DNA of 64,000 bases, taken from the NCBI GenBank assembly GCA_028534125.1, contig CM052816.1, positions 24,926,001 through 24,990,000 on the forward strand, read 5' to 3'. A program made the position numbers and the translations under genes. The DNA comes from Lama glama. Taxonomy: Eukaryota. A model generated the notes under the pieces. The model was not told the DNA's origin, searched no databases, and saw only the letters and a list, made by a program, of their open reading frames with translations. How positions within the stretch are numbered: the stretch's first letter is position 1; every line of letters begins with the position of its first letter. Of this stretch, positions 25,742-38,559 are shown in pieces.

Positions 25742-25744
25742 CTA

Positions 25745-26512
25745 GAAAACAAGAAACAAAATGACAATAAGTACATACCTATTAATTATATAAGCATCAT
25801 TGGACTAAATGCTCCAATACAGACACAGATTAAAAGTGAGGGATTGGAATATGATTTTTGTATAAATGAAAATGTCAAGAAAGTGATGGTAGCAATATTC
25901 ATATCAGACAAAACAGACTTTAAAACAAAATCCATAGTGAAAAACAAACAAGGGCATTGTATAATGATAAAGGAATCGATACAAGAAGAGGATACTATTC
26001 TTAGTAACATACATCCAACAAAGGAGCACCTAAGTATATAAAACAAATACTAACATACATAAAGAGAGAAATTAACAATAATGCAATAATAGTAAGAGAC
26101 TTTAATACCCCACTCATATCAATAGACGGATCATGGAACTCAGAAAATCAGTAAGGCAACAGAGGTCCTAAATGACACAATTTGCCAGTTGAATTTAATT
26201 GATATCTACAGGACAATACATTAAAAAAAAAGAATACACATCCTTTTCAGGTGTACATGGATTGTTCTCCATGATACACCACGTACTAGGTTATAAAACA
26301 AGCCTCAACAAACTTAAGAGGATAGAAATAGTATCAAGCATCTTTTCTGACCACAGTGGTATGAAACTAGAAATCAACTACTGAAAGAAAAATGGGAGAA
26401 CAAACAAGTGGGGATTAAACAACACGCTACTAAGAAAACCCAACAGGTGAATGATGAGATCAAATAAGAAATCAGAAAATATCTTGAGACAAATGAGACT
26501 GAAAACACACTT
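25745..26512 (+). mobile_element. L1 ORF2 endonuclease-domain fragment
   Basis: VAIFISDKTDFKTKSIVKNKQGHCIMIKESIQEED and EYTSFSGVHGLFSMIHHVLGYKTSLNKLKRIEIVSSIFSDHSGMKLEIN. Confidence 0.92.
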
Positions 26513-26779
26513 GAAACTGTGTAAGGAAATGGTTTGTAATAGCTTGCAGTAGTTGACCAGGATTTGCCACAGAGTTCCCCGTGTAAATTATCATGTCTTT
26601 TTTCCCAGAAAATTTCTAGCACAAATCCGGTTATAGATACTGCTTTTCGGAGAATCGTACATAATTCAGGTGGCACTAAAAAGGGATTTAAATCATATAA
26701 CCTAAATTTTTTTCTTTTCCCCTTGTGTTTAGTGTCTATTAATTATATTTCCATACTTAGTAAAAATTTGTGAGATTTT

Positions 26780-26965
26780 ATAATCAGACAAACCTGTTTT
26801 TTATTCTTGGTTCAACCAATTATTAGTTGTGCTTTCTAGAAAACTTTTTTGATTCTCAATATTCCCATTTATTAAAAGGGAACTTTATTATGAATTCCAT
26901 AGAAATCATATCAATATTAACTAAAATTAACATATGCAAAGTGTTTGGCAGAGTGTAGATTCATA
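26780..26965 (+). mobile_element. MIR fragment
   Basis: ATCAGACAAACCTG...TCTTGGTTCAACCAATTATTAGTTGTG...AAAGTGTTTGGCAGAGTG. Confidence 0.5.
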
Positions 26966-28934
26966 TATATTTCATCCTTTATCCTATAGCTCTCTAATTC
27001 TTTTCTTCTAAATATTTCTTCTGAGAAGTGAAGAATAGTTTTATTTAATACAATGTTCTTGTCATAAAAAATAGTTTAATATTGCTGAAATTTCTAGGCT
27101 TATTTGAAGCCAATTCATATTTCTAACATTAAAGTAGATGATTTAAAGAAATGAATTATCGAAAGCAAATCAGTATGTCAAGTTATACTTTGGCTTCTTC
27201 CAGTATCAGTTACTAGTTTGTGCTTTGATGAGATTACTTGTCTTTATGTTTTAGATATTCTCATTAAGTTTTCCATTTTTAATAAAAATAATTTTGTATT
27301 TCATAGCAAATGTAATCAGAAAACAGTTTCTTGTTTAAATGTAAGTATATAAATTACAAGAAAAATATTTTTGATTTTCCACCATTGTATCTTATGTTGT
27401 TTTTTCTGGTCTAGTGGGCTTTTAAAGGGATTCTTCTAAATATAACTTGTAACTACCTCAGTAATATTAGTAGTTAGGGTAACATAACTGTTTTACTAAC
27501 AGTACTTGATTCTCTTCATTCAGTTTCCTTTTTTCCTATTTTTGTTTCTCTTGTTAATCACTTCAGAGTAAACATGACAACCACATCAAATTCTTTGATC
27601 TCAGATTTGTTTTAGGCAGGCTGAAGAAAAATATTTTCTACTGAGCTCTCTTAAGGAGCTCTAAACTGCTTGCCCAGTTAGGAGGGACATAGAGAATAGG
27701 GAACTTTTAGACCCAATGTAGAGATTTATCTTTTCAAGTTAACCATTCATTGGCTTATCATTTAAATATAAATAAGATCATTAACAGCCATATATATTAA
27801 TAATTAAAAACATAACCTAATAGCTTTAAAGCTCCATCTTGAAACATTTAGAAAGAAAAATGTAAATGTCTCATTTATATAAGTAATAGGTAACTGTGCT
27901 TCATAAAATTAAAAAAAAAAAAAAGTAAACACACAGTCCCACTTTGTTTGGTACTTCCCTCCATGGGAGCCTGACAACCTTTTGATCAAATGGATAGTCA
28001 CTAAAATTGATTGTGGTGAATCAGAGGCAGCTAGCAAACTCAAGCCTTAAAATGACATTGATCTCTGCTTACCCTTTTGTCTTTTTCACCATGAAGTTGG
28101 AATTGGTTGACTCTTCTAGCTATGAACATTGGCATAGAAATACATTTTTTTTTTTAAGAATTAAGGAGCCATTTAAATCATATATTTTTAGTTCAAGTCA
28201 AGGAACTATTTCCCTTGTGGGATCACTCATAGCTGTAAAATAACACTTAATTAAGTTGAAGGCAATCTGGGAAAACTCAGTTTTCACTAGATTAATTTGA
28301 ATATTCAGTTATGGAGAAAAATTATTTTTGGAAAGAAAATAGATAATCAAATCTTGACTTACATTTGTGATACAATGTACCTTTGTAGTTTAATTAAACC
28401 ATTTCCATAAAGCTAATGATAGTCCCAAACATGTATACTTTGAATAGAGTAATACTATGTGTTCCAAAGTAATAAAGGAGAGATTTTGCTAAACAACAGC
28501 AAAGTAATTATAGATAATTTTTAATTCCTTATAACTTTGAGTTGAATTCGCTAGTTCCCTGTTCCTAGAGAATTCAATACTAGCTCCTTGTTGGTTTAAT
28601 TCAAAGAAGGAAAATGAAGATTGCTGGGAGATAAGGAGTTCTCTCTGGAGAATTTGAAGAGGCTTGGAGCTCAGAGATGGTAGAAATGGTAGGAAGTTTG
28701 GGTCAGGTAGAGGAATAAGAAGGAGGATTAACTGCAAGTGTATATATACAGCAACCAGATTCCAGCCCACCCCATCTCTGCCCTGTGCATGTGTAACACC
28801 TGCATCATTCTGTCTATTCAGCAAGATATTGAAAATTTTTTCCCTAAAGACAATAAAAAGCCAGAAAGAAGGAAAACATTTCCTTGTGTCGATATTTTGA
28901 AGTCTCAAAATAAAAATATGTAACTTTTATCTAC

Positions 28935-29730
28935 TTATTTTAAAGGTTAAAAATACAAATTGGGTAAAGGGAAACCTGGAAAATACAAACATTAAAACAG
29001 CAGAATGATCAATATTGCTATCAGATAAAGTATACTTTAAAATTGAAAGCATTGAGTAAGATAGTCTGTGAAAAAGGATATAATATTCCTAAATCTGTAT
29101 GTAACAGCTAACAAAGCAATTAAACACGTAAAATTTCAGCCCTCCGTGTAGTATTACCATTAGCATTGCTTCTAGTGAGCAAACTGTATTTTCCAGCCTC
29201 CCTTGAAGGCATTGGTAAGATGTAAACAGTAATAGTCAGGTGGAGTGTCAGGGAAAATTCTATGAAGTGGGGCTACTCAGTTTGTAATTTATAAACTCAT
29301 TTCCTTTATCCTTCTGACTAGAATGTGGGTGAGATGGGTAGAGATCCAGCAACTGTTTTGTGAAAATTAGGTGATTCTGAGGTGACCTTGAGCATGACAA
29401 GATGACTCTGTTTTGACTCAGAATGGAAGCCAGTTGCTGAAGATTGCATAATAGAAAGATTGAAGATACCAGATTTCCCACTGATGTGTGTAAGTGCTGT
29501 GTTTGCTTAGATTGTAGGTTTGTGGGAAAGAAAAAAATCCCTATCTTCTTCAAGACTGTTATTTTAGTTCTTTGTTATTAGAAGCATAATGTAATTTTAA
29601 CTGATAAACAAGGAGAACTTGATAAAAAATACAACTATGGTGGGGTAATTTAAAAGCTCTCCCAAATATGAACAGATATGGTTCAAGCACACAAAATTAT
29701 TATATAGATTTTGAATAAAATTAATTTCAT
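28935..29730 (+). mobile_element. Ancient L1 ORF2 endonuclease fragment split by an MLT1 LTR
   Basis: AATATTGCTATCAGATAAAGTATACTTTAA...CCTAAATCTGTATGTAACAGCTAACAAAGC, resuming at CAAGGAGAACTTGATAAAAAATACAACTATGGTGGG after about 29610. Confidence 0.55.
29180..29608 (+). mobile_element. MLT1 (MaLR) LTR, MLT1J/K-like
   Basis: TTTTCCAGCCTCCCTTG; TGCTGAAGATTGCATAATAGAAAGATTGAAG; terminal AAAAAATCCCTATCTTCTTCAAGACTGTTATTTTAGTTCTTTGTTA...TAACTGATAAA. Confidence 0.7.
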
Positions 29731-31569
29731 TTGGTATATATGTATTTCATTATGCAGCAGTAAATGTATGTGTTGTCTATGGATAGAGCTTAAGCAGCAG
29801 GGCTTTTATTTTTAATTGTACTCTTAAATTATGAAATTTGACATGTAATTTTGAAATATTTGTATATATAGGCCATATGACTTAAGTGGAGGACACAAAC
29901 AAGATTTTTTATTTTAATTTAAATTTATAGGACGCTTGTTTGTTTGCTAGTGAAGGTCTTACTAAGTCTAGCTTATAACTGGTCCAAACTTTTCAGCTGT
30001 AGGTCATAATATCTTTTAAGTGGCATTAGACCAACCATTTCTGGTAAAACACAGTACCCCACAAATCACATCTCAAACTCTCATAGTTTATGGTTAAGCA
30101 AATTCTCTTGAGTTCCATTAGTGTTGATAATGTTAGAGAGGCTTTTGTGGGACATATTTAAAGACTGTTATATTGTGTTAGGTAGAGGATACATGCAAAA
30201 AATGTGGTATGTATGTTAGTTTCAGCCTTTACGATCTTAGGTGAACTGCATAGAAGATGCTTTTTTTCCTTGTCCTCTTGGTTGTTCTTTTTAATCAGAT
30301 TATCATGTAGATTTGTGTCTCATTGTATTCTAAAAATAATGTATTTCAAAAGATGTCTAGTGGTTGATACCCAGGCATACATTAAAAGATGGGAAGCATT
30401 AAGCAGTGTGCATGTACATATTCATAATAGCTGTCTAACTAATGTTTTTTTCCCTTCAGTAGACTAAGTCATACTGTATATTTTCCATCCAACTGAAATA
30501 TTATAAATCACTTTTTAATATCTTTTTATCTGAACAAGAGAAAAATCATTTGTATTACCGACATGTAAATTTAACTTAAAACTACAAAACCTAGTTTGAG
30601 GCTTGATACTGTGGCCATAAATCATATACAATAACATTGTAAATGAGATAACTGTAACATTATATTCTCTGGGCAAGGTTAATAGATTCAGTTCAAGTCT
30701 AGCAAGAAATTGTAGCTGACATTTTCCCATTTCTTTCGGAAAAGCCTTTATAAATCCTCAACTTCTAAATTGGACTGGATTAGGTCCCAGTGGAGAAAAT
30801 CCTAGATTTAGTGTTTTTAATTTCCTAAGTTACTGAGTAGGAACCAACTTTATAACTGTAGTTGAGTGTGGCTTGGGGACTTTTACCGTCAGGTTATTTT
30901 TGTTAGTCGCATCCAATTCCAATAATAAAACTAATCAGATTAATAATAATGAAGGGAAAATGATGATGAAATAATAGTAGTCTAAATTTTTTAAAAGCCA
31001 GTCAGTTTGGTTATCCTGGGTTAACAGTGGAAAGAAATATAAATAAAAGAGTTTTACTCAAGCATTCCCTGGCTGACTAAACAAAACACAGAGGTCCACT
31101 GCTTTCATTTTCAACTCAGCATTTTACTCTAGTAACAGAATATTTACACTCTACTATGCCCTGTTTCTCACTGGTGTCAAAATCTCCTCTGAGAACTGGA
31201 ACAATGGGTGATCTTAATCTCTCCACTGTGAAACAAGAGTGTCTGCACCCTGATACCTGCAGGTCCAGAAAGCTCAGCTGCCTATTCTAGCCTGTGCATG
31301 GATAATTTTTTTCAAATGCCACATTGACATTGGGCATTGGTTACAAGATTTTCTAGACACTGTTTCCTGGTACAGATGAAAACTGAATGATCTACAGTTT
31401 GGAGAGACTGTTCTGTAGGAGAATTCCCCACAATGTGGCATTTCTTCTCTTTTCCATTTGTCAGAACCCTGATTCTTATTCCCGAATGCAAATATTGATT
31501 AAATAGTCTTTTCCTCCTAAAAGTTCGGTGGATTTCATTTTACCCTGTACAATCCTATTGGGTTATTCC

Positions 31570-32115
31570 TCTTGGAATTTAATTTCATCACTTCATTGTG
31601 ATGCCCTGGTCCCATCAGTCCTCCTTGTCCTCAGGGATAGAAGCATATTTTCTGACTGCCCTTTCAGAGCTTCTCACAATGGGCCCAGTATATCTATCTG
31701 AATTTTTGTCCTCTTTCTGTTCTATATTTGTACTTGACTCATTTCCTCTCTCTATTCCTGCTCTCCTCCTTAACTTGGGTAATCCAAGTGAAACCACATA
31801 CTATGCCACGGGAAGGCATATGATTAACACATGTGTCAAAACCCAGTTGAAAAGTCATCTGATTCTCTAAGACTTGCCCTGGATAATTCCACTATACATT
31901 GACCTTCTCCTATTTAAATTTCCTACAGACTTACTATAATACTATATATCACAATTAATTTCCTTTAAGTAGTATTCTGGGTATTCCTTGAGGATTATTC
32001 ATATTTCCTCAACTAGACCCCCAAGTTACTTCAGGTCAAGAATAATACATTTTTACCTTACATTCCTTATAGATTCAGTAAAGTTCTAGGTGTACAGCAA
32101 ATGATAGTCAAATTT
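31570..32115 (+). mobile_element. L2 fragment
   Basis: CCTCAGGGATAGAAGC...GCTTCTCACAATGGGCCCAGTATATCTATCTG and 3' CAACTAGACCCCCAAGTTACTTCAGGTCAAGAAT. Confidence 0.55.
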
Positions 32116-33384
32116 AAGTTAATTTTTTAGCTAATTTTTTAGTTAATTTTCCTAAAGGTTTGGCTCTTCCGGACATATGTCAACTAGAATATGTTTTCCT
32201 GTTGTCTGCTGTAACCAGGTTGTGTGTTAATATAATAAATCTTTCTCTTGTTATTTAACTGATTGAATTACTGTTAAAACTGCTTAAAACACTGTTATAT
32301 TATTCTTTCAGGGTGATTTGGGAATTGGAGTGGTGCTATCTTTGAACATCCTGTCTCCTTAACGAGCAGTAATTGTCTCTGAAATGTACCTCCCACTCCG
32401 TGCTTAAGGGATGTACATTCTCTAAGTCTTTTGTACTGTTTATAATATTGCTTCTTCTGTTTGGCAATCCAAATATTGCCTAGTTTAAATTCACAGATCC
32501 TAAAGGGTAGAGATTATACAGTCATAACTTTTTGTATTGTAGCAATGCATGCAAGCAACACATATAATAAATGTGGGTATTTAATGTTTAAATGTCTGTT
32601 GCGGGGATTTCCTGTATTGTAATTAGATGCAACATGATGCCCTGAGGCTCTTGGTTCATATTTTCATAAAAAGATTGGCTAAGAATGAAGAATGATATTA
32701 ACATCTGCCTTACGGTGTAAAATATTACCATCCATCTTTCAAATATCAGCCTCATAAAGTAAGGAGGGTTGTATCTCTGATAACACAAATTATACCTCAC
32801 TCTTGAGGATTATAAGTGTTTTTAGGCTTATAATTTCTAAATTCTTATCATAGATACAATGACTTGTCAAAGGATAAGTAGATCTTATATGATTGACAGA
32901 AACATTTACTAGGTTCTGTTTTTCGTTTTCATCATATGTTAAAATTAATTCAATGAAAGGGTAGGCTTTCTGTAAGTTCTTTTGTTACCGTATCTGTATG
33001 GCATCAAGTAACTGGTCAGTAATTTTAAAGGCTTCAATTAGTAACTTGCATTATGATTTCAAATAAGTGAAGATTATTTATTTGGTCATTTTCAATAATT
33101 TGTTGTCATTAATATAAATTTAATCCATCTGTTAATAGCTATTCATTTTGATACTGTGTAAAATGCTTCTCTGGATGCTTTGTGGAGTCGAAGTATAACA
33201 CATGATCCTATTACATATTGAAAATGCAGAGCATGCACACACATATATGCATACACACATACACAGGTGAAAGGCTAAATAATAAGGGAAGAGATGAACA
33301 TGTACTTCTGTGATAGGAATGAATGTGTACTATGACTAAATGAGCAATGAGTAAATACTATGAACTGAAAGAAAATTATTATTA

Positions 33385-34048
33385 AAAAGCCTTACCATAT
33401 GATCCAGCAATCACATTCCTGTGCATATATCTAGAGGGAACTCTAATTCAAAAAGATATGTGCACCTCAAATGTTCATAACAGCACTATTTAGCCAACAC
33501 ATGGAAATAACCTAAATGTCCATCAACAGATGACTGGACAAAGAAGATGTGCTATATTTATATACCAGCCATAAATGGAATAGTACTCAGCCATAAAAAG
33601 AATAAAATAATGCCATTTGCAGCAACATGGATGGACCTGAAGATCATTATTCTAAGTAAAATAAGCCAGAAAGAGAAAGAAAAATACTGTATGTTATCAT
33701 CTGTATGTAGAATCTAATAAAAAAGACACAAATGAACTTATTTACAAAACAGAAATAGACTCACAGACACAGAAAACAAACTTATAATTATCAGCAGGGA
33801 AGCAGGTGAGAAAGGGTAAGAGGGGAGTTTGAGATTTGCAGATACTAAATACTATATATAAAATAGATAAACAGATTTCTTCGGTATAGCACAGGGAACT
33901 ATATTCAATATCTTGTAACGTATACTGAAAAAAATATGAAAAGGAATATATCTATGTGTATATATACTTGAAACATTATACTGCACACCAGAAATTGACA
34001 CAACATTGTAAATTGGCTTCAATTTTTTAAAAATAGAAAAAAGAAGAA
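33385..34048 (+). mobile_element. Camelid-type L1 3' end with A-rich tail
   Basis: CTTACCATATGATCCAGCAATC...CCTAAATGTCCATCAACAGATGACTGG...GTATAGCACAGGGAACTATATTCAATATCTTG...tail. Imperfect TSD AAGAAAATTATTATT / AAGAAAGATTACTATT. Confidence 0.95.
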
Positions 34049-34644
34049 AGATTACTATTGAGTAGGGGTTGTCAGGAGAAAAAAAATTCAGATGAGAGCT
34101 CTACTTTAAAGTATACCCTTGAAATGTATTGTGTTAACCATTTCAGTTTCTACTCTTCAGAGAGTTCCCCAAAGATCTACTTTATATGGATTTGTACTTT
34201 TGCTGAGGGAAGATTCTGTATTTTGCAGCTTGTGAAGTTGATGTAGAGAATGAGATTAGCTGAAATGCTCCTAGCATCCATTTTCATTTCATTTTAGCTT
34301 TCTGGTTTCTGTATGGTGGTATTTGTCAACTGGGGATTCAAGAAGACCTTAGATGAGTTATTATTCTTGAATATTAAATCTTCTCTGTTGTATACCTGAC
34401 TATGTTGTATGACTGACTATTTTGTATGTTCTCATAACCTATCACCTGCAGTGACTTGTACTTTCTAGGTACTCAGTATTACTTTGGATGTATGTGTGGA
34501 TGATGGATAGATGCATGTGACCTCAGTATGGCAGTGAGAAATGGCAGGGGAAGATAAAGTTGAAAAATCAATGATGTCATAATGGAGAGAGCCTTGAGTT
34601 CTGCAAACAACCTTTTCCCTTCTGTATACTATAGGCACTTATTT

Positions 34645-36097
34645 TGTTTATTTTCCCCCAGTTTTATTAGGATATAACTGACATATATAACTGTATAAGT
34701 TTATGGCATACAGTATGATGATGACTTACAAACATTGTGAAATGATTATCTCAAATTCAGTGGGCATCCATCATCTTATATAGATAAAAAATTAGAGAAA
34801 TAGATAAAAACGTTTTCCTTGTGATAAGAACTATTAGAATTTACTCTCAATAACTTTCATATATAACATCCAGCAGTGTTAATTATCTTTATCATGTTGT
34901 ACATTATATCCCTCGTACTTATTTCTCTTATAACTGGAATTTTGTACCTTTTGAGAGCCTTCATCCAATTCTCCCTTTCCCACAGCCCCCACCTCTGGTA
35001 ACCACAAGCCTTACCTCTTTTTCTATGACTTTGTTTGTTTTTAAAGTATAATTAACCTGTACTATGTAGTTCCTGTTGCACAACATAGTGATTCGATATT
35101 TCTGTATATTTCAAAATGAGCTCCACAATCAGACAAGTTATAATATTTGACCATACAAAGATACCATATAATTATTGATTATATTTCCCACATTGTGCAC
35201 TTCATATTCATGACTTGTTTATTTTGCAATTAGAAGTTTATACCTCAACTCACCTATTTCTTTCTTTCCCCACTCCTCTCCCCTCTGGCAACCATGTTTG
35301 TTCTCTGTATTTATAAGGCTGTTTCAGTTTTGTTATGTTTGTTCATTTGCTTTGTGTTTTTAGATTCTATGTATAAACGAAATCATGCAGTTATTTGCCT
35401 TTCTCCACCTGAATTATTTCACTTAGCATAATACTTTCTAGGTCCATCCATGTTGTTGCAAGTGGGAAGATTTCATTCTTTTTTATAGGTGAGTATTCTA
35501 TTGTATGTGTATTCCACATTTATTCATTCTTCTATAGATGGCCACTTAGGTTGCTTCCATTTCTTGGATATTTTAAATAATGCTGCAATGAAGATAGGGG
35601 TGAATATCTATTCTAATTAGTTTTCTTCAGATAAATACCCAGGAGTGGAATTGCTGGACCATATGTAGTTCTTTTTTTTTTTCCCATATGTAGTTCTATT
35701 TTTAATTTTTTAAGGAATTTCCGTAGTGTTTTACATAGTGGCTGCACCAATTTACATTCCCATCAGCAGTGTATGAGGGTTCCCTTTTCTGCACATCCTT
35801 GCCAAAACTTGTTGTTTGTTGTCTTTTTTGATAATAGCCAACCTGACAGGTGTGAGGTTATACTTTTTTTGTGGCTTTGATTTGCATTTTCCTGATGATG
35901 AGTGATATTGAGCATGTTTTCATGTGCCTATTGGCCAGCTATATGTCTCTGACAAAATGTCAATTCAGATCCTCTGCCCATTTTAAAAAAATGTTTTTTT
36001 CTGATGTGTTGTGTAAGTTCTTAGTATATTTTGGATACTAACCACGTATCAGATACATTGTTTGTGACTATCTTCTATTCAGTAAATGGCCTTTTCA
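34645..36097 (-). mobile_element. Older laurasiatherian/artiodactyl L1 3' end (L1MA9/L1_Art-like) with long 3' UTR
   Basis: TTTTCCCCCAGTTTTATTAGGATATAACTGACATA...; CACTTAGCATAATACTTTCTAGGTCCATCCATGTTGTTGCA; GGCTGCACCAATTTACATTCCCATCAGCAGTG. Confidence 0.9.
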
Positions 36098-37433
36098 GTA
36101 GTAGATACTTACATAGTATTTGCTGAATCATTTAATGAATGTTCTAAACTAATTTTTGAAATAATTGAATTTGTGCTTCTCAAATAAAAGTATGTTAGAA
36201 GTTGTTTTAAAAGATAACGGGGTTTCAACTGGAAGATACTATGGAAAGAGATACAGTGATAGAATTTAACAGGGTGAACCCATTTTCAGTCTGGGGGATA
36301 AGGTATATCTCTCTCAGAAGACAGAACTTAAACTAAAAGCTATAGGAAGAGCTAGGAACCCATGCAGTTGTTACAAACTAGACTTCTATATGTTTGCATG
36401 TAAGATTGTGTGTCTACAGACAATTCAGTACACCTGGTCAGTTCAGTGACAAATTATTTATGCTGTTCTTATGCAGCACTAATGTAGAAATTAGTGATTT
36501 TACTTTATTTCTTTGTAGTGTCATGAAAGCACAGTTTGTGTGTCCATTTTTAGTGTATTCATATAGTTTATGTGGCATTTTGGCTTGTGTGAACAAACGG
36601 CATGATAATATCCTCATCTTAGAAAGAGAGATTGAAAAATAGCTTATCTCGTTCTTACTGGGATGTCACAATAATTGAGGTTGTCATCTCTATAACATTT
36701 GAGCTTCACTAAAATTTTAATTGTATGAGGCTTGTACAGGATTATGAAGAGCAAGTACCTGGATTTGAATCTTTGCCCTTAATAGTAGATATAAATTGGG
36801 CTAATCATATAATGTCAGATTTTCTCTGAGATTAGTAACAAATCTTACCACTGTTGCAAGAATTAAGTGAGATAATGTTATCAAATAGAAAACTTCTCTA
36901 CTCCTTGCTCCTCTTTCCTACAAGATTATTCTTATTCACCTGCAATTTATTTCCTTTCTTTTCAAAATAATTGTTCTCCTACTGTTTAAGGCTAATTTCT
37001 CTGCTTACGCTTTGAATATTTCTTCAGAAACATTTAGTATCGACTACTCCCCAATTTTCAAATGATTTTAACTAATAGCTTTTTCTTCTTATCAGCACAT
37101 AAACATAGTCAAATCTTTCTCATTCTTAAATCCATACTGCCCTACAGTTTATGCTCTTCTTTTTTACTTTCTTTTTACATCTCAGCTTCTTGAAGCAAAT
37201 GAAGAATTTACTTGATATTCACTCTTTAAACAGTGTTATTATTTACCATCCCCTGACTCTCCACTGCAGTGGTTCATGTCCTCAAGTGGTTTATAATTTT
37301 TAGAGGAAACTCTTCTTCAGTGAAGGATGTTTTCACTGTGAGTGCACTGAGATATGGAAGCATCTTTAGTTGGTAGAGTTACCTTTGCCTCTCCTGGGAT
37401 CTTACGAGCTGAGAAACAAGACCTACTTTCAAC

Positions 37434-37500
37434 CAATTTCTCACTTTTATTTTCAGGAATTAGACAATTTCTCACTTTTATTTTCAGGAATTAGACAATT
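37434..37500. repeat. Perfect 31-bp tandem duplication
   Basis: CAATTTCTCACTTTTATTTTCAGGAATTAGA twice, plus CAATT. Confidence 0.95.
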
Positions 37501-37849
37501 CCCACTTGCATGCATTGCAGATTTGGGGTTATAATTAACTGAGTCAGTTTTAAGGAATTCACTGACTAGTAAAGTTTTTCTTCTTCTGGCTTTTGTGATG
37601 GGTGGTAATAGATATATGCAAAATTTTCTGTATGTAATAAATAACTTCATTATGCATGGGCCTAAAACCTTGTCTCATGTTCTCCAACAGGCATTAAAGT
37701 GCCAGCCTCTAGGTTGCATCTTGGTTTCCAATGTCCCTTTGGACCACTTTCATTTAGTTCCCACTCTTCTCTCTGGCTTTGGGTTTCCTCTTCAGTCTTG
37801 GCATATAAAGATTTTCATCAAAGTTTGACTATACCTTTACATTTCTTAT

Positions 37850-38443
37850 TGTAGGGAAGGAAAAATAATTATTCCTTTTACTTTTCACAGTTTTTAGGTG
37901 AGAACTCCTGTGATTAAAAAGAAATTAACAAGAAAAAAAGAGAAGTTTACTAATATGCGTGCCTCATGAATGCATGGGAGATACCCAGGGAACACAGAGT
38001 AGCTCCCCAAGTAGTTTAGAATTCAGGCCTAATAACCATCTTAATAGGGGAAAGGGAGGAAAGATGTAGGTTTCTTAGAGGAATGTAAATGATTTTAGAA
38101 AAGACGAATGAGCCCTTGGAAGAACAGATGGGAAGTATGTTGGTTTGTGGGAAAAGTTTTTTGTGAGTGATGTGGGCTTCTCACCTCCTCTCATGTGGTT
38201 AAGAACCAGTCTTTCCTGTTTGATGAAACTTCTAGCGGGGAGGATTTATGACAACTGAGTTTCTTTTGGAGGATGTGTCTTTAGCTAGCTAAGGGGATTT
38301 CAGAGAAAGCCTCTCTCTGCATTTGCTGCTTTCCAAGTATCTACAGCTCAAAGTAATCAACTTGCCAAAGTGGCATATTTTGGGGTGGCATGTTCTGAAC
38401 ATCTATAGTCATATTTTGGAGTGGAATATTCTGCTACTCGTCA
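37850..38443 (-). mobile_element. ERV1 solo LTR, MER34-like
   Basis: TG...CA termini. Minus strand begins TGACGAGTAGCAGAATATTCCACTCCAAAATATG...CAGAACATGCCACCCCAAAATATGCCACTTTGGCA (MER34 signature, duplicated). 4-bp TSD TTAT/GTAT (one mismatch). Confidence 0.85.
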
Positions 38444-38559
38444 GTATTGAATTGTTTTAATCGGTATTATTATTTATTTCAAATAGGAAGCAGAAATTCC
38501 TGTATCAGCTCTGCATGACATACTGAATTCTCAATTCCCTATAATATGGTGGTAGTCAG

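Noticed and set aside
24438..26512. Single 5'-inverted (twin-primed) L1
   Set aside because: The inverted piece is the ORF2 endonuclease region, about 2 kb or more away in L1 coordinates from the start of the 3' piece. I see no shared TSD, so two adjacent insertions are more likely.
27705..27775. CCAAT/ATTGG plus TATAAAT promoter-like arrangement
   Set aside because: These motifs are common in AT-rich DNA, with no CpG island or downstream exon evidence.
32603..32612. NF-kB-type site GGGGATTTCC
   Set aside because: A single 10-mer is expected by chance in 64 kb, and there is no supporting cluster.
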